A program made the position numbers and the translations under genes. Source: Pirellulales bacterium (GTDB taxonomy: Bacteria; Planctomycetota; Planctomycetia; Pirellulales; S012-138). From it: 64,000 nucleotides of DNA. Positions within the stretch are counted from its first letter, which is position 1; each line of letters opens with the position of its first letter. The stretch spans positions 110,145 through 174,144 of the forward strand of contig JALCBR010000001.1 in NCBI GenBank assembly GCA_028066245.1, in the 5' to 3' direction. Below, in pieces: positions 24,734 to 35,202 of this stretch. Below the pieces are notes generated by a model. The model was not told the DNA's origin and searched no databases. It worked only from the letters and a program-made list of their open reading frames with translations.

Positions 24734-27700
24734 CTATTGAGATAGCGAGGTACCATTTGCAACGGCGGTTGCGCGGCGTTTTGTCCGCCAAACACCCCAA
24801 ATCACGCCGGCAATTGCGATCGCTATTGCCACAATCCACGCCCCCAGCAGCAGCGAACATCCGATAGCGATCGTCGGCAAGATAAGTGAACGGTGCTGCG
24901 CCGAGGGCAGCATTTGCGAATCTTTCCCGAATGCCCGACGCGGGATAAACAAGGTTGCTGTGGCTAGCAATCCGAGCGCAATCACACTGCGAGGCCACGA
25001 GGTACTTGGCGGCTCATCATTCGCAAGTTTGACCTGCAATTGGCTGCCACGGAAAAGATAGGCATATCGATCTCGAGGCCAAACTGTCGCTGCACTCGCG
25101 GCAGGCCAGAAGTTTTCCACGCTCACGGAGTTGGAATCGCCACTTTTGTATGTCGCGAGCTGAGTTGATGTTCCTTGACCACTGAGCACTCCGTCAGCGA
25201 CCTTTGGTGACTTGCTTAGTACTTCACGCGACAACAACTCCGCTAGCAAAGTCGATGGCGACTCTTGGCTGAGCCATTCCAAACGCAGTTGCTCGAAAAC
25301 ACGCTGCGCGACACGAATTTGGTTTAATCGTCGCGGTGGCTGTTGGTTCGTGAGGCCCGGAGCAATGCCATCTCCCAGCCAGAGAGTTTCCTCGATGGGA
25401 ATGTCCAGCGGTTCTGGAATCTGGCAGAGTGAGGACCCTGCATCGCCACCGTCAGGCTGTGAAGAACTAACCAGCCCCAGTCCAATCCGCTGTGGCTGCC
25501 AGGAAGACCAGAGCGTGACTTCGCAAATTCTATCAGAGAGCATTCTCGTTTGAGCAGGCAAACCGTTGATGTCCGCGGACGTCAAGCTTGACTTTGCTGG
25601 CAGCTGGAACTGCACGGATGTCGTTCCGCGCGGGTGCAAGTGGTAGGTTACTGCGATGCTTGGTCGGCCTGTTTCTACGACTTGTGCAACCACCAGCGGA
25701 AACTGCGGTGAGGTGCCCACCAACGAAGTCTTAAGTGAGAGCAGCGCTTTGACCTGTCTAATCTCGAAGGTCCTGTCCACGGATAGGCTAAACGTTTCGG
25801 GAGTTGCGGGATCGCGTTCGAGACCTTCGATGTCCCACTCAAGGATGGACCCACCAACTGCACGGGGAACGATAAGCACTCGCTCGACCATTTCCGCCGA
25901 ACGACCAAGTTCTGCAAGTACCGGAACTTGTTGCGGGGCCGATAGCCGGGAGGGCAATGTTAACCGCAACTGCCATTGGTACTGATCGTGTGTGATCGTG
26001 GGCTGCAGATGCCGCTCTGACCTCCGAAGTTGGAATCTTCGCAGGTCGCCGTCATGATTTGGATCGAACGTGACGTGCCAGCCTGGTACGGGAGATGGAT
26101 CCATGCGCCAATCACCGGGAATGTCTAGCAGGAAATCATCCGGAACGTACGTGCCCTCTTCTGCTAAGAGCGTAACCGTGGCGTGCCAATTCCCGTGTTC
26201 GCGGAACAATCGCGTTGTCAACCTTCCCCGCGACGCGGCTGTTGATTGAAGTGCAATGTTAGGGGAGGTACCGGTCTGCGCTTCAATGGGAAACACGCCA
26301 ATCAGCTGCGTGCCATCAGGAGGCGCCACATGCGGGTCGGCGATCGCAGCAGGCGTGCTTCCAACAGGCATGATCGCCTGAATATTTTCCCGACGAAAAA
26401 CCGTCAGTATGCATCCCCCTTCGTTAACGCTCGAGAATCTTAATAGCTTTGGACGGTAGAGCGCAGGGAACTCCGTCCATCCTTCCGATGCTTGAATCTC
26501 CAACCGCAACAATCCCGTCGGCACCCCTGAAGTCAAGACAACGAGCTTCCCTGACGTAGTCGACCAATGACGTATAACTTCGCGGCCAGCTTCGTCGCGC
26601 ACGGAGACATCCGTGATTTCGAGAGCCTCTGGTATTTCCACCTGCCAGAGGAAGCGTTGTTGGGCAGGAAGCGCCACGGACGTTTTGAAAACGTATTCGC
26701 ATCCACTACGACCAATCACCGCCTCAGCTTCTAGGTAGCTGTTGGCTTCTGTGGCGACCGGCTGAATCGCTATCTGCCAGCTTGAGGTCTCTGCAATCGG
26801 TCTGGCGACTAGTCGTGGCAATTCGACAGCCCCCCAATCGACCGCGAACGCTTCGGGAGAGATGTCAGCGAGCTGCCTTCTCTCCAATTCCGAGATTCGC
26901 CAGCGCTGATCAACGCCAACTCCCCAGAATTGGACTTGAGACGGCGAATTAGCGAGGTGAAGCCTTGGGAACCGCCATCGGCCTGTCGGTCTGCGGTCCC
27001 GGAAGGAAAACTCCAGGCTAACCTCCCTGCGGTCCAACATGGAGCTTGGTAATGGGATCGTCAGGTAGTCAGTAATGGACCCTTGGGTATTTATGTTGCC
27101 AGCAAGGTTGGCCGAAGTCACGCGGCCATCGACGGCGGTGCCTTCTAATCGCAACGTGGGAGGGAATCGCAAGACGATGCTGTCAGGATGGGAATCATTA
27201 AAGAACAGAATGCGAGCGGAAAGCCGGGCAGTGCCGCCGGAGAACCTGAGCCAACTCAAGATTTTCACAGGCTGTTGGGGTGAGAACGCTCGGTCCTGTG
27301 AACGCAGGGTAAGTTGCAGTGAGTTTGCTGGGCCCAACACCACGTGTGACATCCCAGCGTTGGCAAACTGGCGCACACGTACGAAATCACCTGTCATCTC
27401 TACTTGCCGACCGGCGATATCCTCATCCGGCTGTGCGATCTCGACGGAGGCCCCTGAGATGGCGGGCACTGTAAACCGCAATTGCCCTGGCCGGAGAAGT
27501 GCCGCGTCCGTCGATACCATCTCAAGATCGATCGTGTGCTTTCCAACTCCCTGGATTGTCAACGTTGCTTGAACGTCCTCCCACTCAATCACGGACTCCC
27601 GCCCAGCTGGGAAAACCAACGCTGTTTGCGGGATTTGTTGGTAATCACTTTGCCTGAGCGGAAGCTCCACACGCGCCTCGTCTTCAAAAGAATGGACACG

Positions 27701-30700
27701 CAACGTCAGCGAAAGCTCGACTGCCCGAGACGAGACCAGTCCGCCTTCGGTAGCGCGGACGCGATGTTCCGCGGCGGTCAGTAAGTAACCACGCGGTCGC
27801 ATGTTCGTCTCGTCTAGTCGGCGTTGAATCTCAGTGACCAGTTCTCGTGGCGCAAAGAGGTGAGTCCCATCTGGTTTGCCCTGGCCGTCCACGCGGACAA
27901 AAACGAGATAACGCTGCCCTTCTTCCTGTGAGGGAGAGACTCGCGGAGGTGGAAAAAGTCTCTCCTGGGACAAAGCAGTCTCGTCGTTTGTCGCCGTCGC
28001 GACGTTACTCCAAAGCACCACGCCCATGCCTAGCAGCAATGTGCCGAGCTTGAGGGTGCGCAACAATCTCCGCTGAGTCGCGTTGACCGTGCTGGGAGAA
28101 TGAATAGCAAGCACGGCGACGATGACGCCAACCCCGAACCCCAGCGGAAGTCCACTGACAAGCTGCGAATAGGAGCTCGGCGCCAACAGCGAACCCGCGG
28201 TCAGTGTGGCACAGATGGACAATGCCCAATACCGATGTCGGTGGATGATCGTCCACCCAATGATGCCTGCAATAACCAAGAGGAATTTGTTCAACGACGC
28301 TTGACGTTCGGCATGAGCAACCGAAACAACTTTCGTCGCACCATTCAGGAGATAGATTGCATCTCCGTCAAAGGTAGCTAGCGATTGCCGATCGTCGTCA
28401 TTGCGTGGCCATGGTGAGACTGGAGGTGCTGAGGACGAGTCTGGCCGAATCAACGTTGTCAGCCACTCACTGTCGCCAGAGGTCCCCGAGTCGAGCTCAA
28501 AGACAAGCCGATCATCGGAACGGATCCAATACAAACCGGAAGACTGTAGCGCATGCAAGCTCGTTATGGCCAGCGTATGATCATTGATAACCGCCAGGGC
28601 AAGCCCCAACTGCTCCATGGCGTGACGGATTGTTTCCGTTCCTTCCGCTCCGTGAATCGACTTCGCCATAAGCAGGTCATCAAGGGCATTCTCAGACTGG
28701 CTAATCCGATCAAGATCAATGAGTAGCTGATAGCCGTTTGCTTGCCATTCGTCGGCCAGGTGTTGAAGCGCACGGTTGAAATGTGGTGAGGAACCGCTGT
28801 TAGTGGTGCCTGTGCGGGCGATCTCGGCAGAAACAGCCGAGCGCGCGTTGGCTAAGAATCGTTTGGCCAGCGCGGTGCCACTTTCCGATAGCGCCTGGCG
28901 GCGGGTCGTCGCTGCTGGAAACTCACTCCAAGACGATGCTGGACCTAGTAGGCGGTTCGCAATTAAGCTCACAGTCGAACTCACGATTTGATGCCGACTG
29001 TCCGCATCGGTCCGGACCGTGCCCCAAGGCAACTGGAGCTTGGCTATTCGCTCAAAAACGATCGCTGAAAACTCAGGCCAAGGAACGGTGAACTCTCCGC
29101 TCAGACCAATCGCAGTGTGAGAAACGCGATACTGCAATTGAATCGTCTTGTAGGCAGGCTCGACAGGAATCGACACGCGCAGCAACTGGCCATCGTCGGT
29201 CCATCGAAGCGGTTGATCGTCTGCGCGGACCTCGATTAATTTCGCGTTAGGCGGGAGCGTGAACGCCAATTCCTCCGCGTGACGGCTTTGGACATGGCAT
29301 TCAACCCTACACAGACTTTCTCCGTTGGAGTGCAACGTCCAATGTAGTGTTTCATGCCAAATAATCGGTTCCGCGGGCGAGACGGCGCTCTCCGTGTGAC
29401 TGGCAGCGTTCTCACCATCCTCTTGTTTTCGTCGGATCATCAATGGAGACGACCGCTGATTGCTGGCAAGATCGATCGGCGAGAACGCATATCGAACGAC
29501 ACGCCTTGAGATGTCTGTGCTGAAGTCTGTTGGCAGCGGCCAGATTGGCTTAATCGAAGCCAACGACGATTCAACGTCATCTGGATGTTGAGCCAGGCTC
29601 GCGTAGACCTCGGCAGGAAACGCAACGACAACTTCTCCAGATGACACAGTTGATCCCAAGGGCGACGCCAGGCTGACGACAACCGGCCATCTTGTCGCAG
29701 GTGACGTTCGCGTGGCGATCAAATGTCCGTCCGCGTTGTCGAACGCATGGATCCGCCAAACCTCTACATCATCGGCCAGGCTGCGCTCGGCCAATTCATT
29801 TGTCGAGAGACGAGATGCTTCAACTGGCTCATCTTGTCCGGTCGCCCAAGTCCAAACTCCATCAGTCCGTGATTCCGAGACGTAGAATAGCGTCTCGCGC
29901 TGCATAGCATTAGGCAGACCCGTTACATGGAATGTCTCGCGTAATTCCGCTTCCGTCAGTTCCGCATGAACTTGAATAGAAACTGCACCTTGATTTTGCG
30001 CATCGCCCCAGATCAGGCGTCCGTGCGTTGGCGGGAACTTCAATCGATAGATTGTGTCACCGGGCTCAACTGTCAGGGGCAGATTGTCGTCCGAATGACT
30101 GGAAACTGCGGACGCAGATTCCTCAGCGCCGAGAAGATTGAGCTCGCTCGTACCTCCTGAGCTCGCCAGAGCCATCACATTCTCCCGTAGGCGCGCTTCA
30201 AGTGGAGACGCAGGAATGGCCTCAGCCAAGCTCAAGTCAGATCGCGCACCGACATCTCGCCGTGCCAAGATCGAGATTGTGAATTCACTGTGCCCAACGA
30301 TCGGATGCGGAAGCTGCACGTCAATCAACGCATCGGGCATGCCATCTGTGACCGGCCGCTCCCAAGCAACGAGCACTTCGTTTTGCGGACGACCATCGGC
30401 AGAAAACTGAACGTTCTCAATCTTCCATTCATCCGCTATGGCGAGTTGAATTGCCGAACGGGATCCGAAATCTTGCAAGAAGCGTATCGAGCAATTGGCC
30501 CGGAGCTGTGCCTCCTCAAGAAGCAATCTTGTGGCCATCTCGGCATGTAGTCCACCTCTGCGACGCTCGACTGCTAAGCGCAGTTCCGCCGCAGGTGACA
30601 TCAATCGGGCTTCTAGGTCATCGAGAGCTGTATAGGAGCTAATCTCGGCATTCGCGAACTGGAGGTCGGCCAAGCGCAACGGCGACAGCACTCGCACCCG

Positions 30701-31972
30701 TACCGTGCCTGTTTGCCAAAAGACTTCAGGAAGGATCAATCGTGGAAGCACGACTTGGTCGCGCTCAGGGAGGTGGTGTGATGCGACCGCGCTCAGAGCG
30801 ACCGTTCGACCGGCCCAGGATGGCAGGATCTCAAGCTCAATCCTTTGTTGTTCAGACGTTGGCCGCTGTTGGGGCCGTAGCTCGGGCGAGTCCGGAACGG
30901 GTTGCGGCATGGAACCGTTAAGCTTGCGCGGCGATATTTCGCGTCCATCCGCAGCTAATGATTGCAAGTTTAATTCCCGCGGCATTTGTATCTGCAGCGC
31001 CTTGGCAGCATTCGCAGGAAAACGAATCTGCCAGTGTGTTGTGACGAGCAACTCGCCCCGGTCCGCACGGTAGGTCGTTTTTTCTTGTACTGTTGGGAGT
31101 GTGTCCGGCGCTGAGTTTGTTTCGTCACTCGTGCGGGTGAGAATGAGTGACGTCCGACCGCCAGCGGCCAGAACAATCTCCCATTGTCGCGTCGCCGGTA
31201 CGTCCGCTTCGCCGACCTCTGAATTGAGCAAGTAGGTTGCTCCCTGGTGGTTCGGCAAGCGCGGTTCCCAGTCGAACGGAAGTTCCAGTCGCAAAATTCG
31301 GCGCGGCGCAGCGGGTAGTTCTAACGTAAAACGGTGCTCTCGTGGAAACCGCGCGTCTGCTCGCTGTGCTGCCGTCAACGCAACGGCGCCGCTTCGATCA
31401 GCGAGAAGCGCCAATTTACCATTTGGTTGGTTTCCCAGAATGGCCGGCTCTGTTTCGTTGGAATCTTCGCCAATCCACCGCGCTTGGCTACTGCCAGGCT
31501 CTGTCTGAGAGGAAATGAGTGCAGCGGAAAACTGCCCCAACGGCAGTAAAGCAGGCTGTTCCCTTTCTGGTCTGTGAGAAACGTTGAGGCGAAGTTTTCC
31601 CGATAATGTGGCGGCCTGAGGATCAAAACTTGCGTTCCACGTCCAGGACTTCAATGACGCCGGCGGCAAGCGTTTGGTCCGTAAGTCGATTAGCCAGTTG
31701 TTCCATTGTGCTCGCGAGATTTCCAGCATGTCAGCCGCCTCCGCAGGCGGCCATTGTTCGACTGGCACAGTTCGATAGACCACATCAAGCGGAGTAGCCT
31801 CTTGGATTCCAGTGAGAGTAATCCGCTCTTGGTTTGAGTTTCCCAAACCAACCTGTCGCGAATGAGCCGTGGCGGCGATCAATGCACATATAATGCATCC
31901 TGCGAGCGTTGGAAGCACAACCGCCATGACGGCGCGTGTGCGAAGCCGAGTTGGATGAAGCCTGCGCATCAC
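24734..31972 (-). CDS. giant multi-pass membrane protein (2412 aa), no recognisable domain
   Basis: The ORF is uninterrupted, with GTG at 31970-31972 followed by ATG. There is an N-terminal TM segment, a cluster of hydrophobic helices mid-protein (about nt 28005-28295, 'FLLVIAGIIGWTII...LGTLLLGMGVVLW') and C-terminal TM helices ('VIALGLLATATLF', 'ILPTIAIGCSLLLGAWIVAIAIAIAGVIWGVW'). The start lies 2 nt after the upstream gene's stop. Confidence 0.8.
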   Translation of the reverse strand: MMRRLHPTRLRTRAVMAVVLPTLAGCIICALIAATAHSRQVGLGNSNQERITLTGIQEATPLDVVYRTVPVEQWPPAEAADMLEISRAQWNNWLIDLRTKRLPPASLKSWTWNASFDPQAATLSGKLRLNVSHRPEREQPALLPLGQFSAALISSQTEPGSSQARWIGEDSNETEPAILGNQPNGKLALLADRSGAVALTAAQRADARFPREHRFTLELPAAPRRILRLELPFDWEPRLPNHQGATYLLNSEVGEADVPATRQWEIVLAAGGRTSLILTRTSDETNSAPDTLPTVQEKTTYRADRGELLVTTHWQIRFPANAAKALQIQMPRELNLQSLAADGREISPRKLNGSMPQPVPDSPELRPQQRPTSEQQRIELEILPSWAGRTVALSAVASHHLPERDQVVLPRLILPEVFWQTGTVRVRVLSPLRLADLQFANAEISSYTALDDLEARLMSPAAELRLAVERRRGGLHAEMATRLLLEEAQLRANCSIRFLQDFGSRSAIQLAIADEWKIENVQFSADGRPQNEVLVAWERPVTDGMPDALIDVQLPHPIVGHSEFTISILARRDVGARSDLSLAEAIPASPLEARLRENVMALASSGGTSELNLLGAEESASAVSSHSDDNLPLTVEPGDTIYRLKFPPTHGRLIWGDAQNQGAVSIQVHAELTEAELRETFHVTGLPNAMQRETLFYVSESRTDGVWTWATGQDEPVEASRLSTNELAERSLADDVEVWRIHAFDNADGHLIATRTSPATRWPVVVSLASPLGSTVSSGEVVVAFPAEVYASLAQHPDDVESSLASIKPIWPLPTDFSTDISRRVVRYAFSPIDLASNQRSSPLMIRRKQEDGENAASHTESAVSPAEPIIWHETLHWTLHSNGESLCRVECHVQSRHAEELAFTLPPNAKLIEVRADDQPLRWTDDGQLLRVSIPVEPAYKTIQLQYRVSHTAIGLSGEFTVPWPEFSAIVFERIAKLQLPWGTVRTDADSRHQIVSSTVSLIANRLLGPASSWSEFPAATTRRQALSESGTALAKRFLANARSAVSAEIARTGTTNSGSSPHFNRALQHLADEWQANGYQLLIDLDRISQSENALDDLLMAKSIHGAEGTETIRHAMEQLGLALAVINDHTLAITSLHALQSSGLYWIRSDDRLVFELDSGTSGDSEWLTTLIRPDSSSAPPVSPWPRNDDDRQSLATFDGDAIYLLNGATKVVSVAHAERQASLNKFLLVIAGIIGWTIIHRHRYWALSICATLTAGSLLAPSSYSQLVSGLPLGFGVGVIVAVLAIHSPSTVNATQRRLLRTLKLGTLLLGMGVVLWSNVATATNDETALSQERLFPPPRVSPSQEEGQRYLVFVRVDGQGKPDGTHLFAPRELVTEIQRRLDETNMRPRGYLLTAAEHRVRATEGGLVSSRAVELSLTLRVHSFEDEARVELPLRQSDYQQIPQTALVFPAGRESVIEWEDVQATLTIQGVGKHTIDLEMVSTDAALLRPGQLRFTVPAISGASVEIAQPDEDIAGRQVEMTGDFVRVRQFANAGMSHVVLGPANSLQLTLRSQDRAFSPQQPVKILSWLRFSGGTARLSARILFFNDSHPDSIVLRFPPTLRLEGTAVDGRVTSANLAGNINTQGSITDYLTIPLPSSMLDRREVSLEFSFRDRRPTGRWRFPRLHLANSPSQVQFWGVGVDQRWRISELERRQLADISPEAFAVDWGAVELPRLVARPIAETSSWQIAIQPVATEANSYLEAEAVIGRSGCEYVFKTSVALPAQQRFLWQVEIPEALEITDVSVRDEAGREVIRHWSTTSGKLVVLTSGVPTGLLRLEIQASEGWTEFPALYRPKLLRFSSVNEGGCILTVFRRENIQAIMPVGSTPAAIADPHVAPPDGTQLIGVFPIEAQTGTSPNIALQSTAASRGRLTTRLFREHGNWHATVTLLAEEGTYVPDDFLLDIPGDWRMDPSPVPGWHVTFDPNHDGDLRRFQLRRSERHLQPTITHDQYQWQLRLTLPSRLSAPQQVPVLAELGRSAEMVERVLIVPRAVGGSILEWDIEGLERDPATPETFSLSVDRTFEIRQVKALLSLKTSLVGTSPQFPLVVAQVVETGRPSIAVTYHLHPRGTTSVQFQLPAKSSLTSADINGLPAQTRMLSDRICEVTLWSSWQPQRIGLGLVSSSQPDGGDAGSSLCQIPEPLDIPIEETLWLGDGIAPGLTNQQPPRRLNQIRVAQRVFEQLRLEWLSQESPSTLLAELLSREVLSKSPKVADGVLSGQGTSTQLATYKSGDSNSVSVENFWPAASAATVWPRDRYAYLFRGSQLQVKLANDEPPSTSWPRSVIALGLLATATLFIPRRAFGKDSQMLPSAQHRSLILPTIAIGCSLLLGAWIVAIAIAIAGVIWGVWRTKRRATAVANGTSLSQ

Positions 31973-31974
31973 GA

Positions 31975-34900
31975 TTAACTTGTTGGCTTGGGCACCGCAT
32001 GGACTTCCGTTGCGGCACCGGACTCACGATTTCTCAGCTTGGAATGTGCCGACCGAGAGTCATCTCGTTCTGCGGCCAGACGTGCCGGCGTCTTCTCCTG
32101 GTCGACCAATCGACGAATGGCCGCGGCAGCCAGAAAAAGCAAGAGCCCCAACGCAGCAGCTTGAAGAAAGAGTGGAGCAGTCGAGGGAAATGACCAGGCT
32201 AGTCCTACGATGGCAATCAGAACGACCAGCACAAAACTCGGCGTGCGTATTCGTGCGTAGCGGAGAAAAGCGATCCCCAGCGCAAGTGTTGCCAGAGATG
32301 AGAGCCCCACAATCATGCTCCGGCGACCGCTGATCAACCGCAATGACGCTGGTGGGCCAACTCCACAAAAGAGATATCGGTTGACTCCGGAAGGAATCGC
32401 CGGAGAAGAAATTGCTTGTACGCGTGCCTCCAAACTATTCAAACTTCGCGCGGGTTTGCGCTTCCAACCCCCTGACCAATTCCACGTGTTGTCACTTTGG
32501 TACTCGTCACCCGTCCAGATGAGATGCTGCGCCGCGGGCATTGTCAGGTGCCAATATGTGTTGAGGATTTGAACTTCTTCCGTAAACACCGGCGGTGGCA
32601 AATCAATCGCTCCCGTATGGTCGCCTGGAATCCGGTAAACCAACTCAATCGGGATTGTCGCCTTGCCGCTGGATTCACTGGGTGAAGTCTCTGATGAGCG
32701 AACGGTAATCTGTCGATCAGAACCCACTGCGTAGTTCTGCAGCATGGCTTTGTTTTGACGGAGGACATATTGCGAGGCAGACCCTTCCGGAAGCGTGATC
32801 GTGAATTCTTCTGAGGCCGAGTCTGAGTGCCAGACAAACATGACGCGATCTTCGCGAAACTCGGGACCTAGCCACGATTGGATGACCAAGTCGCGAATGA
32901 CGGCTGTTGCGGTCGAAGGTTTCGTGTTGTCAGAGACAGTCAATTCAATAAACGACTCTGACGAACTCGTTTCATAGGCCGGAGACGAAATGCCATCGAC
33001 TACAGTTTCCGACTTGACCCAAGGTGACGCCGTATCGGACAACTTCACGATCAGCGAGTTCGCGACATCTAATGTGACGGAGTGGCCAGCAAAACCTGCA
33101 TTGGTGGGAACAAGCAAGTGGATGAGTTCGCGTAGCTTGCGTTGTGGCTGGTTGGTTCGGTCGATGGAGTGGGTAATGCCAATGCGACGTTCATCGCTTG
33201 TGCTAGCTCTCAACTCCGCCAATGCTTGCGCTGAGATCGAAACCACCACAGCCGTGTTCCGGCCAAGCTGGGGATCATCTCGCGATGAGCGAGCGACGCC
33301 GATCGGCTTGCCATCAAGAGTAAACTCTAAGCTATTCGCTGCACGGTTTTCCCACAGCGGTGCTGGAACCAACAGTCGGAGTGCTGACAACTCTGACACG
33401 GGAGCGAGCGTGTGAAGTTCCTGTCGAACTTGAATGCCGTCAGTGTTGAACGTGACTGATACTTCCGATCGCAATGAATAGCTTGGGAATGGCCGGATCG
33501 TCCCGACGAACTGTGCGTCCGGGCCCTGCACGTTGTATCGCAACCCTGGGCCCGTGAATCCTTCGATGTTGGTTAGTCTTTGGATCTCGTGAGATGTCGG
33601 CAAGCACTCCCAATCCTGCGGTACGATAATCTCAAGCGCATCGCCACGAGTGTTGGTGTGCAGCAGCGTCGGTAGGGAAAAATTCAACGTTGCCGGCTCA
33701 GCTAATCGCGCGCTGGCTATGATCTGCATCTGCACCCGTCCCGTTAAGGGGCGAGAAAGAGGTAGGTACCAAAGACCAGTTTCATCCACGTTTCCTTGCA
33801 GCAGCGTTTCGTCATCGTCGATACGAATCTCTTCCACGATCCAATCGTGCAAACTCAGTTCCAATGCCCGCAACTGGCCACTTGAGATGTTGAGATCAAA
33901 CGTGCCGTTCAATCGCAAGTGAGTTGGATCAACGGACACCGAGTGCAAGATTTGGCCTGTCACGATCGTACGCGGACGAAACGCGCGCAGCCTAAGAGGC
34001 ATTGACTGAGCCCAGTATCGAAATGCGACGCCGATCTCGTCCGTATGGGGCAAAGTTGCCCCAGCATTGGCGTCAATGGACTCATATTCGACTTGCTCTA
34101 CTCCGCTTGGGATTATGCGGGGCATGACGAGCCATCCATCAGGGCAAGAGAACTTCCAGGTTCCCGTATGCCTGGCTGTTTGCTCTGGTACGAGAGGTTG
34201 GATTTCAAGATCACTGAAATCCAGGACCCGACTTTCCAGAACGAGCCTAGCAGGTTCATTCTCCTTCAATTCGATTTCAACCACCGATCCATTCTTGCCG
34301 AGGCCGGTTTTTGAGTCGTTTCTGCGCGAAGGAGTCGGAGAGATCACGTCAAACCCGCGTGGAATACGAACGCGCAGGGCGTCACCTGCAGAAACTGGAC
34401 CTTCGACAGTGAATCGAGCTTCGTGACGCACGAGCTGCTGTACGGGATCAAGCAACGTTGAAATGTCGCCTTCAATCAAGGGCCACTCTGCGGCAGCGGT
34501 GTCAGATGGCTGCCACCAGAGAAGTGAGACTTGACCATCCATGCTCTCGACGCGGATTGTGCTGCCATCGGCTGTGTATTCCACTTCGGGCACGCTACCG
34601 CTGGAGGTTACGGCACTTGCATTCTCGTAGGGTACACGCAGTCTGATTTCGCTGGAAAATGCTTCCGGAAGTTGAAACTTGATCTCGCTCCGATCCTTTG
34701 CTCGCCCAATCTCCGTCGTCACCTGTAGCAGCAATGTGTGTTCTTTGATGTTTGCCAACGATGCAGACGGATCCTCAATGAGCCAGAGAAAACCTCCCTG
34801 TTCGGAATCGAAATCAAGCACTTGCCCCACCTGCGGAGAGGAAAACTCCGGGTCTGTTGAGAGCAGGCAATTGACAAACCGCAGCGGAATGGCTTGCACA

Positions 34901-35202
34901 TCCGGCGAGAACAGCTTGACGTTGAATTTGAGTTCCAAACGAGCCTGGTCGGAGTCGATTGCTTCGACATCGCCGATCACTTCCATGGAAGAAAGCGTGT
35001 AACCCTTCTCGACCCGTGCTACGGATGCATCCTGTCCCTGTGATTGATTGGCTCGCGCACTGGCCGCGGCAAACACTTCACCTTGGAACGGTGTCAGTTC
35101 ACCAGTCCATGCATAGACGCACAGCGCCGCGCAACAGACTCGCACGATGACTGATGCTATTACCGAGCGGGGCATTTGGCCGTGTGCTCGATCCGGTCGC
35201 AT
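31975..35202 (-). CDS. large membrane protein (1075 aa), no recognisable domain; paralogous module to the downstream giant gene
   Basis: ATG at 35200-35202, with an alternative ATG at 35175. There is an N-terminal TM ('VIASVIVRVCCAALCVYAW'), a roughly 950-aa non-hydrophobic region and C-terminal TM helices ('MIVGLSSLATLALGIAFL', 'FVLVVLIAIVGLAW', 'LFLQAAALGLLLFLAAAAI'). The TAA stop at 31975-31977 abuts the next start. Confidence 0.8.
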   Translation of the reverse strand: MRPDRAHGQMPRSVIASVIVRVCCAALCVYAWTGELTPFQGEVFAAASARANQSQGQDASVARVEKGYTLSSMEVIGDVEAIDSDQARLELKFNVKLFSPDVQAIPLRFVNCLLSTDPEFSSPQVGQVLDFDSEQGGFLWLIEDPSASLANIKEHTLLLQVTTEIGRAKDRSEIKFQLPEAFSSEIRLRVPYENASAVTSSGSVPEVEYTADGSTIRVESMDGQVSLLWWQPSDTAAAEWPLIEGDISTLLDPVQQLVRHEARFTVEGPVSAGDALRVRIPRGFDVISPTPSRRNDSKTGLGKNGSVVEIELKENEPARLVLESRVLDFSDLEIQPLVPEQTARHTGTWKFSCPDGWLVMPRIIPSGVEQVEYESIDANAGATLPHTDEIGVAFRYWAQSMPLRLRAFRPRTIVTGQILHSVSVDPTHLRLNGTFDLNISSGQLRALELSLHDWIVEEIRIDDDETLLQGNVDETGLWYLPLSRPLTGRVQMQIIASARLAEPATLNFSLPTLLHTNTRGDALEIIVPQDWECLPTSHEIQRLTNIEGFTGPGLRYNVQGPDAQFVGTIRPFPSYSLRSEVSVTFNTDGIQVRQELHTLAPVSELSALRLLVPAPLWENRAANSLEFTLDGKPIGVARSSRDDPQLGRNTAVVVSISAQALAELRASTSDERRIGITHSIDRTNQPQRKLRELIHLLVPTNAGFAGHSVTLDVANSLIVKLSDTASPWVKSETVVDGISSPAYETSSSESFIELTVSDNTKPSTATAVIRDLVIQSWLGPEFREDRVMFVWHSDSASEEFTITLPEGSASQYVLRQNKAMLQNYAVGSDRQITVRSSETSPSESSGKATIPIELVYRIPGDHTGAIDLPPPVFTEEVQILNTYWHLTMPAAQHLIWTGDEYQSDNTWNWSGGWKRKPARSLNSLEARVQAISSPAIPSGVNRYLFCGVGPPASLRLISGRRSMIVGLSSLATLALGIAFLRYARIRTPSFVLVVLIAIVGLAWSFPSTAPLFLQAAALGLLLFLAAAAIRRLVDQEKTPARLAAERDDSRSAHSKLRNRESGAATEVHAVPKPTS

